From Enoplolaimus lenunculus (Eukaryota), in NCBI GenBank assembly GCA_030248215.1, contig JASANG010002125.1, forward strand, positions 372,001-436,000: a stretch of DNA of 64,000 nucleotides. Direction: 5' to 3'. Positions 1 to 12,908 of this stretch are shown here, piece after piece. Every line of letters starts with the position of its first letter. Positions within the stretch are counted from its first letter, which is position 1. The position numbers and the translations under genes were made by a program. Under the pieces are notes generated by a model. That model was not told the origin of the DNA and made no database searches. It saw nothing but the letters and a program-made list of their open reading frames with translations.

Positions 1-3000
1 ATTTTACTTTGAGAATGTATAACCATTTATAACTCTTCTTGCATGCGAGCGTAACAGGAACGAAAAACTGTACCTACACAGGTTCTGCCCTTATAACTGC
101 ATTTTTTACGAGTGTTACCAGCAATTTCGACGGATATATCCCCCTATTGACCCTTTTGTACGCGCCTGGTACAAAAATATATTGAAAGTACTCGCAATAG
201 AAAACCTTAAAACATTTCGTGGTAACCCGTTAGTTACTTTTGAAATCAAAACGGACATCCGGTTAGTTTTTTCGCGGTCAGATGACACGTGAACGTAGTA
301 GCTAAGTAATTATTATCAAATATAATATAAAAATGATTTAAAAAATTTTACGACTCATGCAATCGCTTTTTTCGGGTTCTAAATACGCAATCGGATATAT
401 TTACGCTAAACAATACCTAATATCTACGGCTACCGCCGTTTTAAACGACTTACAACGATTAACTCAAGCATAGATCATTAATAACTTTTGAATAGTCCAT
501 GGTTTAGCTTTGTTTTAAGCTCTGGTTTGTGTGTGTCTTTTGTGTATATCTTAAATTTTTTGACCTCCAAAAAATAAAGACTTAATTGCTGCGGCAGTAA
601 AAATTGCAGTTTAAATGCTTAACAACGTGACAGAATTTGTAAATTACGATTGGCTTTGGGTTAAAACTCACCTTAAAGCTGATCGTTGTTTGGTTTCCTG
701 GTTTACTTTATGGTCTGTTCTAGCATTCAAAAAACAGGTTTTGAGCTTCGCATTGGTTTAGTTATGTTGACAAAATTATAAAGTATACCAATTTTAAATC
801 TATGCTTAGATACAGATTAAACTACTGCAGAGCGTTCGTTATACAGCCGCTGTACTCTACTCGATCCATTTTCAGGGCTTGGTTTCCCTTCATAGAGAGC
901 ACTGTAGACAGAATATATATCCATGCTGGAAACCTTAAAGGGACAACATAAAGTACTTTTAACAGGTTTAGAATTACAATATTGATCGGAACAGTCAATT
1001 AAGTGTTGTTTTGCATAGTGGCTTACGTTTTAACCAGGGCATCTTTTAGCATGTTTTGTCACTAAGACTATTTGGTAGTATTTTAGCCGCCTAAATTTCA
1101 TAAAATCGTAGTTGTCTGCAATCGCCATATGTAAGACATTTTTTTGTTCCTCAAAATCATATGACAATCGGCATGTATGTTTATCAGCGAATATCATATT
1201 CTCATGGGATAATCGAGCTTTGATGACCCAATATGAGAGCCTGAATTTTAACGTTGACGTCGAATCAACATGAGACGAATTGTGACCCGTCGGCATCGGT
1301 TATAACACCTGCATCCCTCAAGATACTATACTCACTCAAACTGAAAACCTGGCTACCACCCTGTCCTTTTAACTCGAATAGCTGAATGAAAGTCCATACA
1401 ATTACTCATGTTTAACCAAGAACACCTGGTTTAAAAATAGTACTTAAGAAATTGAAATTTTTAAAATTATATTTTTCAGGTTATATGTTTCAAGAAAAAC
1501 GAACTTTGGCAATTATTTGTTATATATTCGCTAAACCAGAAATGAAAATACAAAATTTTTTAAATCAGACTAGAATTGCCAAAATTAAGTTACTTCGATA
1601 TACAATTGTTTGATTTGCTGTATCAGTTTGAGTAAGCTCTTTTGCACGGAAATTAACGTAAGTCATACTTGAATTGGCTTAAAATTGACAACTGCGTGGG
1701 CTACAAAAGAAGCAATAATCATGGTCAAAATGAAATTTCCGTAGCTCGTGCTTTACGTCTGCTGTCTTGATATGTAGCTTTTAATACCTTGATGTTGATA
1801 TTGAATAAATTGAAACCAAAAAACTTTAGGGAAATGTTTTCTTAATTGTTTAAAGATGTTGAGCAAAGCTCAGAAAGCTAAAACATTTTAAGTATATATT
1901 AAACACAACGTCTCAAAATAGGAAAACTATTAATTTACCTGCTGAAAAAACACCGCCAAGTTATATATGCTTGTTTCTTGGTAAAATATTAATCGTATAC
2001 ACCATATAAAGCAATTAATATTCTCGAACTCAAACCTGAAATCGAAAGTTTTGCGCAATAAAATAAATTTCATGAAAACAAATACATTTATTTTCAGTGT
2101 TGTCCATTGAACCGTAAAATTAAAATGGCCATAGCGGAACGAAGAATTTAAATTTTAAAAATTGCAAATTTAAGATATTATCTGAATAATTGGTAATAAC
2201 AAGAGTGCATGATGCATGCTAACAAGAGTATGCAACTGAGTACATTCTCTATAGAAAAGACCGTACCCAGCGTGCGTTGAATTTTTGGCCTACCCCCCTT
2301 TTAATTATAGGAGGGTACAACCTGTACGAACCATGGTACTTTATGTATCCGGCATCAAAAATGATCCGCTTATTGTTTAATTTAGGGTTATTGTGTGTGA
2401 CAGCGACCCCCTAAGTAATGGTGGTAGGACAAAAAACGCAACGCCAGGTGGGCCCATTTTGTACCATGCGGAACCCAAAGAGTCGAACACTCTTGTATCA
2501 TGCACTCTTGCTAATAACAACAGTGGATGATGACAAGAGTGTGCGACAGGGAACATTCTGCGTACAAAACACCGTACAGCACAGGTTGCGTTTTCGGCCG
2601 ACCCCCTTATTTAGGTGGTACACTACATTATTATTTTCAATCTTATCTAAAGTTGCTCAGATTGTATTCTTTAAGTATATTACTGTGTGGTTCCAGTGTT
2701 GACTTTTCCTTTTAGTAAGGGAATCATGCAAAAATACAACGAACGCTAATACATTTTGTAGGTACCACGCAGAACCTCAGCAGTGCACACTCAGGTCTAA
2801 GAGTGATAGTCCACTCTTGGTGACAGGCATGGATTAGATTAGAAGCCTTGTGAAAATTTTAATAGCATTTTGAAACAATTAATCAGGTGTATGGCATTGG
2901 GAAACACACTCCGAAGTTGCCAGTTTTGGAACGTCAATGGGGTTGTATGTACACCTCTAAAACTGTGGTCCATGCATGGATCAGGGTGGACCGGTTTGTG

Positions 3001-4510
3001 GAGCTGTAATACAGTATAGCGTAAGCTTCAAATAGGCTCGTAGTCAGGTCACTTTGCTTAGGGGGGGGGGTGAAAAACGTGGCATACAAGGGATTTTGTT
3101 GTCATACAAGCAAGGTTGAAAATTTATTAGGGGCCAAATTCTTTCCAGAGGAGCTAAGCCCACCTGGCCCCCCTTGGCTGTTGGACCGGCTTCAGACTAC
3201 TTTTTTGCTTATGCTTAGGTTCAGAATTAGGGCTTATTGAATTTGCTTATACCACTGTTGCGGCTCTGCTCTATACACTTGGCGAAAGCGTCAAAATATT
3301 TCAGAACAATGTCCGTCCGCCCGTGCTTTTAAACGTCGGTCAAGAAATTTTACGCATATTTACACATTTTCAAGCCCATTAACACAATATGTATCTATTG
3401 ACACGTGTTGCAATGGGTAGGCGACCGACGGTGCCGGAAATCAATTTTGATGACATAGCTAATAGACGCGCGCGTGGTTTCTAGAAATCGGTAGCTATTT
3501 GCTAATTTCTATTTTGCAAACAATTAACGTACACTTCAACGCAGGAAACGTGAATTAACTGGTTTACAATTAAGTTTACGCTGCTTTTTGGTTAATTGCC
3601 CGACGGATGTATATATATATTTACAGTACAACCTGGGAATGTCTGGTGACGTAACAATTGAGTCTAAACCAAGCAAACACCATCGCACTAAGTTTAAAAT
3701 GATAAAAGTTTCGCTAAGCTGATAAGTGAAACAATTTCAAAAGGCCTTATTCCAATATTTTCGCCCTGATTTTGATTAGAGGCAGGGTTTTTTCCGCACG
3801 AACCTAACGCAAGGGATGACGCTTTTAGGAATGGATGGAAATGTAAGCCAAAAAGTAAACTGTTGTTCATAAATGTTGTATGAAGACATTATTGGTTCAC
3901 TGTAATGACCCGAATAAGAGCAGGGAGACTAATATAAATATTTATTTCGTACTTTTACAAGATACTCGTAGGTTTAAAAACCGTTTGCGGCAAATGTTCT
4001 GCGAATGCTTGAAACCTATAATCTACTGCTGTTACCTAAAACAAAACAGCTGCAAAGATACCGCGCTGGATCTGCAACGACTTTGTGAAAGATGGTACGG
4101 GATTTCGTCATACCTAAATTTTCAGGATTATAAATTTAAGAAAAAAAAAGTCTGGAATTCAAGACTGACATTCAAATTCTAAAAATGTTATAGAACTTTT
4201 AGTCATTTGTGAAACACTTTCAATCACAAGCTAGACTCTGTTTCTTGAAAATTACAATTTTATCTGTTGATTTCTGTGATTATACTCCTGAAATTACTGC
4301 CTCGAATGTAGAACACCGGCTCACCGAGAGGAAATACGGCTCCCAATCCGTATTTATTTCGGCCAGTTAAAGTCAATGCTATATTGAGTCATCGTTAACG
4401 TTTGCCAATTTTATCGTAAGAATACAATATTTGAGTTGGTTTTGTCAGTTCCAGTCCCCACCAATGGAAGTTTATCAGTTACCGCACTGTTTGAAAGTAA
4501 CTCTCTGAAT

Positions 4511-4698
4511 GGCCCATGTAAAGATCAGGGGCGAAACGTTTTTCTGTGGGACTAGAAAAGTGTAAGCTTTGGACTATTTTTTACTTGGCTTAGCCTTAGG
4601 CTTAGGCTTCGAAATATACTCATTCTTACGCTTAGGCTTAGGCTTAGGCTTAGGAACACGCTTATAATACTGTTCCGCCCCTTGCCTTTACATTAACC
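4511..4698 (+). mobile_element. TTAGGC-carrying MITE (Merlin-like: GG termini, 8-bp TSD)
   Basis: GGCCCATGTAAAG...CTTTACATTAACC imperfect TIR, perfect flanking duplication CTCTGAAT, internal TTAGGC runs. Confidence 0.8.
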
Positions 4699-5333
4699 CT
4701 CTGAATGATGCGCTTCTCGCTCTAAACTGAAAACATACCAGCAGCGATCAATTTCTAAACTGAACATTAAATCAACTATGGTGCCAAAATATCACAAAGT
4801 TTGACGCTAAATTATGTTAAATTACAAAATCTACAATCATACCACAACACTCTGCCGCAAACATCTTCATTAACTCAAAATCAAAAGTTTTGTTGACAAA
4901 CTTATGATGTCTCCTCTTCAGTCGTCTCTTATCGCCTTCGCTGCTCGCGTTTTCCCAAATGACTCTCAGTTGGCTACTCATGTTGCAAAGTTGATTTGGT
5001 GCTAAAGTTTAGACGTTATCCCAAACGATATGTAAGCAGCATGCGCTGGCAGATCGACGTGGGGTCACGTAGGACTACGCCCCCAAGTGCAACCAAAACC
5101 ATTATTTTCGATGAACATTTAGTACTGAATTTAGTGCTGGCTTTTTGGCTCGATAGCTGTTTTTTTCGCTACTATCCAATAGCCGCCCCATGTCAGAAAT
5201 CGTAAAATTCGCTAGAGGAGATACTAAAAATTTTCATGTTTCTGAAATACATCAGCGAAAGTTAGAATTTTGGTCTTGTAGTGACCTCAACAGTTGCTGT
5301 CGAGCTGGTGCACATATGAGTTTAACGCTTACC

Positions 5334-5336
<3 letters not shown>

Positions 5337-5407
<71 letters not shown>

Positions 5408-5420
5408 TATACATATATAT
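5337..5420. repeat. (TA)n microsatellite
   Basis: Direct observation. Confidence 0.95.
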
Positions 5421-5641
5421 ACTGCAAAAAATGGTGAGTCAAATTGACTCTCTCCGAAATACGCTTTTACGGACTACACAAACTGAGTCAAAATTCGACT
5501 CCGCCAGAGTCAAATTCGACTATTAACTGAGTCGCTCGATGAGTCGTTTTGACTCTGGCGGAGTCGTATTTGAATCAGTTTGTGTAATCCGGAAAAGCCT
5601 ATTTCAGAGAGCGTCAACTTGATTCACCATTTTTTGCAGTG
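5420..5641. mobile_element. Palindromic CACTG-ended MITE (CACTA/EnSpm-like non-autonomous)
   Basis: ACTGCAAAAAATGGTGAGTCAAATTGACTC...TTGATTCACCATTTTTTGCAGTG, almost entirely fold-back, GAGTC/GACTC subrepeats. Confidence 0.8.
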
Positions 5642-7610
5642 TATATATCTGTTGCTAAATGAAATTTTTTCAGTTGCGCTTTAGCCAAATATTGTCCATA
5701 TTGGGCATATGCAAACTTTGATTTAAGTTGTTCATAAACTGTATCCGAAGTTTGTATCTTGAGGTTGAATATTTAAAGTGTTAAGTTTCGAGGACAATAT
5801 AACAACTTTAAACATTAACAAGTCGTAGCTAGTAGCTTAAGCTGTTTATTCAACAAGTATATATACAATATAAATTGTTGACATTCAGAAGACCGGAAGG
5901 CTTAATTTGAGTCAGCTTTGAATTCCAATTGTAGATTCAATATTTTAGCGATTATAGCAGTTAAAGTTGGAAATTTTATTAAAACTGTATTAATCTTTAA
6001 AATTTTTGAGAAAAGAACATTCGTAAATATTAACGTTCAGAATGTAGAATAGTGAAAGTTTATGTTGTATGGCGAGTGTTTGTTCCGATAGAAACGTTAT
6101 ATCTGTTGCAAGGACAATCTGTTGTTCAGGCTAAATAGCGATTCTAGGATATTGCCAAACAATAGTTATTATGTAAAACGAACGCTGATTGGATAAAGGT
6201 ACTGTGTTTGTTGAAGTAATCAAATTTGATTGGTCTACGCATTTAGTTGCAGTTTATCCTAGGCCAAACTGCTATTACGCAAAATAGCAGATTGGCCTAG
6301 TGCAATTAGTAATTGGCCTGGACAGCAGATTGGCTTAATAGCAGTTTGGCCTAGGCCAAATAGTAATTGGCCTGAATAGCAGATTGGCCTATGTTCCAGT
6401 TTTAGGGTCGTAGCTAGAATTAAACTCCCGCATGGTATATATACCTTCAACGTAAAGGTGTTTATGCGACTGCTAGAACAGTAAACAAAAAATTTGAACC
6501 CAATTAGTAAGTGGAAAAATTCCAAACTTTATAAAAGGGCCTATTTCTCAGTGTATATTTGGAAGTGAAACAGTAAAAAAATGCAAGTGATTTTACCATG
6601 TGGTTTTAAGCTTTATTGTAGACATTACGCCAAATAACGCAACGCAGCTCAAAATCTTCTTTCTACAGCAATTTATAAAGTAAGACTGTACAATCCTACA
6701 TATAGAACTGTAAAAAATTTAGTATTACTTTGTAATGAATGTACATATAAAATCAACTGAAACGGTGCCCAAAATACGTATGTGTGACGTTCCAACTTTA
6801 ATTACAAAGATATATTTTGTCGCTTTTAGCTTCTCCATTATAAAGTATATAGGCTAAATTGTGACAAACTGATATATGATTTAAAATCGACGCTGTTTGA
6901 CTATAATTTGTCTGTTAAATGGTGGTCTAAAGCGCATTCCGAACATAGTCTTCTCAATGAAACCTTGAAAGAGAGCATTTCTATATATACTCCCAAGACT
7001 AACTTTAGTTAATTATAAGTAATTTTAAAATACTTGAAGACAATTTCATTGTTGTGTACTATAACGATGCAAACAATTGACAAATATTTTTATACATTTA
7101 AATTCTTTCAGTCTACAAATTTCTATAACATGAACAATAGTTCAATCCCCCCCTTTTAATGTTAAATATTTCAAGTAGGGGCGAGTTCACAACTTGGTGG
7201 TGTCAAGAAATTTGCAGTTAAAAATGGCAAGCTATTAATAATGCATTGTAAATCGAAACGATATAAAGCGCATCAATTTCAACTTTATTTGAGAAAATGG
7301 TATTTGAGGTAAAGTCCAACATGTAACAAACAAAATAAATCGCTTTCTGAAGTTTTACCTGCTAGAAATAGATGAGAATACAGTTAATCTATATTAAAGC
7401 TGGAATGTCCCACATATGTATTTCGGGCAGCGTTGCAGCTGTTGTTGTGAATGCAAATTACAACACATATATAGAGTTTAAAAGCCTGTAAAACATGATG
7501 TTAACCACTAAAGTTATATAATGTCAATGCCAATGTAAAGTCAACTATTGCTCAGTTTTCAAACAGGAGTAGAATTTTTTGAAAGATATATCTAGGGTTG
7601 TAAATATATA

Positions 7611-7804
7611 TGGGACAATACAAAGAACTGGGGCGGAATCGTATTATGAGCATATTCCTAAGCCTAAGCCTAAGCCCAAGCGTAAGAGTTTATTTCTAAG
7701 CCTAAGTGTAAGCCTAAGCCACGCAAAAAAATTAGTGTAAACCTTAAGCTTACTCTATTGTAGTCCCACAGAAAAACGTTCCGCCTCTGATCTTTGCTTG
7801 GACC
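7611..7804 (-). mobile_element. TTAGGC-carrying MITE copy
   Basis: Reverse-complement similarity to 4511-4698 (GCCTAA runs, CCCACAGAAAAACGTTCCGCCTCTGATCTTT); ends approximate. Confidence 0.7.
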
Positions 7805-8705
7805 CAAATATGCCACCTAGTTAAATAGTTGTTTTAATTTTGAATCCTGCCATACGCCTAAATGCGCTTAATTTACGGAATTAATGTTTTGTAGAAAAAT
7901 TAAGTAATTTAAATTTTTTGACTGAAAATACACTACGCTTGCTTAAGCCTATTTCTTTTCCTATCTGCGATGTTTATGCTATCCTCGTTATTGCATTAAA
8001 GTGTTTCTAAGCAATTTCTAAATCAAAGCACAATTATTAAATGTATCAAAACAGTTTATTTACATTACTATTTGAAGTACATATATCAATTGATGAATTA
8101 TGTGTTAAATTCAAAAGAATATGTGTGTTAAGTAGTCTCGTTTACTTTGTCATCATGGACAAATATATTTATATACCTAACAATAGCAATCCAGTAAAAG
8201 TAATACCACCTACGGGTGTTAATGTTTGCGCTCTGATCCAACGTGAACACAGCATTTTGATATATCTTGTTGGGGATTTTATCAAAATCAAAATTTAAAA
8301 TCAAAATTTAAAATATAGGTTAAATTTCGGTTGCAAAATTAAGTATTAAATATGTTGTTAACGTTAGCCGGCCGAACTGATTGATATTATTTAAATTGCA
8401 AAAAATACTAAGCATGCCAGGAATTTCTCAAGAAAAACTAGAGTTAATACAGGCCTACAATGTTTTTGAATATATATTTCTGATTTTTTTTGCTGACACA
8501 AAAATGTCCTGGTCGACAAATCAAGTAGGTGCTTATTCTGTTACTGCAACAATATTTCAAATTACGTATCGTGAATGTTCCAGCTTTGATATTAAAATAT
8601 AACTGTAAGTTGTATTTATTCCTTAACAAATAGATTAAAAAGGTCTGTTTAAGCACGTAGCAATTGGGATTAATTGCAAGGATGCGGATTCTTTGTCTGG
8701 CGTCT

Positions 8706-8989
8706 GGTCAATATAAAATCAGAGGCGGAACGGTTTTCTGCAGGACTATTGAGTAAGCTGGCCCATGTAAACATCCGGGGCGGAACGTTTGGACTGCAAT
8801 AGAGTAAGCTTAAGCTTTAAACTAATTTTTTTGCTTGACTTAGGCTTAGGCTCATGCTTAGGCTTCGGAATATGCTCATTCTTACGCTTAAACTTAGATT
8901 AGGTTTAGGCTTAGGAATAAACTCATTCATACGCTTAGGCTTAGGCATATGCTTATACTGCTGTAATGTCCATGTTTTATACATTGGCC
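8706..8989 (+). mobile_element. Two nested/tandem TTAGGC-carrying MITE copies
   Basis: Two 5' ends (about 8706 and GGCCCATGTAAAC at 8761), TTAGGC runs and a CATTGGCC end. Confidence 0.65.
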
Positions 8990-9288
8990 AAAACAACTAT
9001 ACCTATTACTTGTCATATATTTTACTATAATTCAAATTATACCGCATATTTTGCGAGTAAAACAGCTTCAAATTGTCAAGTGAAATATTTTCTACGCTGA
9101 GTTTGTCGAATTCAAACGTCTCTATCATCGTTTGAACCGTTGGACTGCAGATTTTGCAATATACTTCTTTAAGACCGTAGCCCAGCAAACCGATCCGCGA
9201 GTGGTAGTCAAAAACTGTCAATAAAGCCTGTGTGAGAACTTGACATAAAAGCCAAACTTTTTGGGACGAGTCCAAAGTTTACGTAATG

Positions 9289-9457
9289 CATGCCCGTAGC
9301 CAGCTCAGCATGCTAGGAGGGGCTAAAAAATTTTTTAGGAGGGGCGCATTCAAGAGTTTTTAGTGACTTGCAGGTAAGGTTGAAAATTATCTAGTTGGAG
9401 GGGCAAAATTTTTCCAGTGGACTTGAGCCCCCGTGGCCCGATTTGGCTGCGGGCCCG
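9289..9457 (+). mobile_element. hAT-like about 170-bp MITE (CCCGTAGCC / GGCTACGGG family)
   Basis: CATGCCCGTAGCC...GGCTGCGGGCCCG; TSD ACGTAATG/ACGTAGTG. Related copies at about 3035-3190, 34258-34509, 42869-43038, 46211-46371, 47723-47891, 49055-49228 and 52945-53096. Confidence 0.75.
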
Positions 9458-9716
9458 ACGTAGTGGGAACTAAGTCTTCCGCGTCTCTCCGTTAGTTTTC
9501 AACACCGTGCATTGAAATAGATGTGTTTTGTGAAACGTTTTTGTTGTATAGGTTTACCTTACCTAAATATATACACAACGCAGCAAATTTTCGTTACTAA
9601 GTTAAAGTATACCTAAAAATTACCTCGTGCTGTAGCAATAACATCACAATTTTAACATGATTAAATGTAAAATTTCTGCTTCAGTCGCCACTTATACGGC
9701 AAATATTAGTTAACTC

Positions 9717-9905
9717 GGCCCATGTTACTTTAAGGGGCGTTCATGTTTCAGCTGGGTCTATAAAATAGTAGGTTTAGATTCTAGATTACATTTTTTTGCT
9801 TAGGCTTAGGCTTAGGCTTAGGCTTAGCTTCCACTTTTGCAACGCTTAGGCTTAGGCTTAGGAATACGCTTAATCTACTGTACGCCCCTTGAAGTAACAT
9901 TGGCC
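9717..9905 (+). mobile_element. TTAGGC-carrying MITE (Merlin-like)
   Basis: TIR GGCCCATGTTACTTTAAGGGGCG / CGCCCCTTGAAGTAACATTGGCC with perfect 8-bp TSD GTTAACTC. Confidence 0.85.
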
Positions 9906-10359
9906 GTTAACTCTATAACTAGTATAAGCACATACGATTACTGTTTGATCGAAAAACATTAATTGCTGCATTAAATATAAATATTAAGATATTCAACCAC
10001 ACCACCCAAAGATGTAGCTGGATTTGCCTGTGTTTTCTGTATTTTCTAACACGGGAACCCACGCTGTACCTTCGCGTTTGGAAACGAATCTTGCGTTCTT
10101 TGCAATCGATTTAGAAGGCAGCTTTAAAAATGCTGAAAATTGTTTTTTAATAACGCTCTTTTATGCTTGGTGTTAACCAGTGTTATACTTCTAGGTTATC
10201 TTTTACGAAAATCATTTAACAACGCTAAATCATGAAATACAAATAGTTCTAGAATACTATTATCGATCTAATTGGCATTATCTACCCAAACTACTCCTTT
10301 GATTGTGAAAGCATAATTAAACTTTTGCTTGCGGCACTGGCAGAAAACAGGCATTTCTT

Positions 10360-10578
10360 CACTGCAAAAATGGTGAGTCAAATTGACTCTCTTCGACATA
10401 GGCTTTTCGGGACTACACAAACTGAGTCAAATTCGACTCCGCCAGAGACAAATTCGACTGACTGAGCAACTCAGGTGAGTCGAATTTGACTGTAGCGGAG
10501 TCAAATTGCACGCTGTTTGTGTAGTGCCGACAACACTGTTTTCGAGAGAGTCAATTTGACTCACCATTTTTTGCAGTG
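10360..10578. mobile_element. Palindromic CACTG-ended MITE
   Basis: CACTGCAAAAATGGTGAGTC...GACTCACCATTTTTTGCAGTG flanked by TT/TT. Confidence 0.85.
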
Positions 10579-10977
10579 TTGATTTTTGTCCAAAAACTTA
10601 AACGTTTGCCGAAGACGAATAACTTAAATAATTGTCACTTAAGTAAGATTTCAGAAAGTCAGCCAATATATATCAAAGGTTTTAAATTGAATGTACATAT
10701 GCGATCCCGATGTCATGATGTGATTTTTATTAGAAAGCATTTTTCAACAAGGCTGCCCGTGTCCAAATTGAACCAGTATAACGTTTGTATTAGATTTTGA
10801 GTTCAACAGTATATATAGATATATTTAAAAATATATCTCAAAAGGAGTAAAATAGTGGGTATTTTTAAGCTATAAGATGAGAAACAGCAAGACATTCGTA
10901 CCGTCAGAACCAGGCAAATACAAATTTATACAATGGAGTGGTAATAACAAATAGAAATTATAATATTGCTAATAAAG

Positions 10978-11988
10978 ATGACTACACTATCAAAAACAAA
11001 TCGGATCATACGGCTAACGATACTGATCAGCATTGTTTTGTCGTGTTGTGCACAAGATGACGCAGCGGACGCGGATCAAAGTGAGCTGTAACTTTAGTCA
11101 TTGCCAGCCTGTGAATATTGGTTATAGTTTACGTTTAACACAGCGAACAGTTTCATGGAAGTGGAATCAAGTAATTTTTTTGTTACTATAATTAATTGCC
11201 AATTCAAGATATTTTCATGAATTAAATTGCCGATTGTTTACTCGGCTCATGTATATAACAGGGCCGGAACGTTTTCCGGCGGAACTATAATAAAGTAAGC
11301 TTAAGCTTTAAACTATTTTTTTGCTTAGGCTTAGGCTTACGCTTAGGTATAGGTTCATTTGGCCTATGTCAAGATCAGGGGAGGAACGTTTTTCTGTGAG
11401 ACTAGAAAAGAGTAGGCTATAAGCTTTACACTATTTTTTCTTAGGCTTAGGCTTAGGCTTAAAAATATGCTTATAATACTGTTCCGGCCCTGTTCTATAC
11501 ATTGACCGTTTACTCTATGATGTCAGTCTCGTTTTCTACCGGACAACAATGTGCTGGCGTATACAATCAAGTATACGATTTGATTCCTACCAATATTGTC
11601 GGTAAAGAATTTTCCCACTTCCTCTCAAAATATTTAACCTAAAATATGCCAGACAAACCCGCACACATGTTTAACTTGTTTTTGACGAATACGTATTCAA
11701 AATTGAACGAAAATGCAGTATAGTGGAAATAGTTTTGGATTTTAGAATAAAATATTAAACTTTTGAACAAGCCTACACAGTAAAATATAGGCGTTTTATT
11801 ATTCTATTTTTGCAGACGTTACTACAACTACCGCGAGCCCACCAAAGACTGGAGATATTCTGTGCGCTACAAGCGATCGACATCCAAAAATTTGTAAAAC
11901 AATCGTATCGCGAGATGTTTCTTCGTGTAAAATCGTCAAAGTTCGACATTTGTGTTCCTTAACTTGCTGTTTGAAGAACAGTAAATGA
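10978..11988 (+). CDS. Small secreted protein (116 aa) with signal peptide, Thr-rich linker and C-terminal ShKT/SXC-like six-Cys domain; 3 exons
   Basis: Exons 10978-11080 (A|gtgagc), 11527-11601 (tgtcag|, G|gtaaag) and 11816-11988 (ttttgcag|, TGA). Both introns are phase 1 and join in frame. Protein: MTTLSKTNRIIRLTILISIVLSCCAQDDAADADQISFSTGQQCAGVYNQVYDLIPTNIVDVTTTTASPPKTGDILCATSDRHPKICKTIVSRDVSSCKIVKVRHLCSLTCCLKNSK*. The gene model is better supported than the ShKT label. Confidence 0.75.
11244..11507 (+). mobile_element. TTAGGC-carrying MITE with a second 5' end nested at 11361; lies in intron 1 of the ShKT-like gene
   Basis: TIR GGCTCATGTATATAACAGGGCCGGAAC / GTTCCGGCCCTGTTCTATACATTGACC with perfect TSD GTTTACTC. 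Confidence 0.8.
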
Positions 11989-12791
11989 TAGAGCATAAAA
12001 AGTTCGATATGTGTATATATTGTATCCTGACTCGGATATAAGACGTTTAGAACTGATAGTTTGTTTCATCATATGATAACCACTGTGTATTCGGTTGCGA
12101 ACTGTTGTTTATTTTTAAATCACCTTATGTTTAAGCGAAAAATTTTCAGTTTACTATCTTTAATTGGACCCAACATCCTTGTTTTGTGTCTTCTTTCTTT
12201 TGGGCCAAAGTGACATGCTCCGACGCATTTTGTTGATCGCTACGTCCGTTAATATTTTTTGGACTTAATTACGTTTGTCAGGGTTGTCCGAGTGTCTCTT
12301 ACAAATTTGAGCAGTACAGGCTATTTTCTGATTTGGTCTCTTTTATCGACTGGATGTAATTAGAACTTCGTGCTATATCCACCAACGAACCCTTAGGGAT
12401 ACAGATTCCTATTGATCGGAATTCAAAAGCGGATCATCCTCTGTTCGGGTTACTACAACAGCCAGGGTGCAGCTGGAGGCTTGCGGAAGGCTCGTGCAGA
12501 AAATCGAGCTCCGGCTACGTCTCCGGTAGAATCTGCGCCGGAGGTACCGGTAAATTTTGGTGGCGAAATTTTGCATAATTTTACACAATATATTTGTTTT
12601 GTGCGTTTTGTTTTAAGCGAAAAATTTTCAGTTTACTATCTATAACCCGTTCTCGCATTGAGTTGCCTATAGGCAACTCAGCGCAGTGTATATACGTTAA
12701 ATAGTATATCGCACCGTTTTAACAATTGCAACACGTATACATAGTACTAAATCACCACAAGACGTGAGAGCCCCTCGGGCTCGAGTGTCAA

Positions 12792-12908
12792 GCTCCTATA
12801 GCTGAGTGGTGATGGTATACGCCTCCCACTCCAGTCACTGGAGTTCGAATCCTAGCATAAAAGTAGGTCTCAGGGGAAATAGAAAATATTCATGTGAGAA
12901 AGGGTTAA
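12792..12908 (+). mobile_element. tRNA-derived SINE-like head
   Basis: A-box TAGCTGAGTGG and B-box GAGTTCGAATCC at tRNA-like spacing, but no good cloverleaf. The downstream body GAAATAGAAAATATTCATGTGA recurs at about 34329. Confidence 0.45.

Noticed and set aside
9006..9275. 89-aa minus-strand ORF that looks mildly protein-like
   Set aside because: Non-ATG start, in-frame stop just upstream even after removing the adjacent MITE, no recognisable motif and no partner exons found.
9778..9862. TTAGGC arrays as a real chromosome end or fusion site
   Set aside because: Runs are only a few units long and sit inside TIR- and TSD-bounded elements in both orientations.
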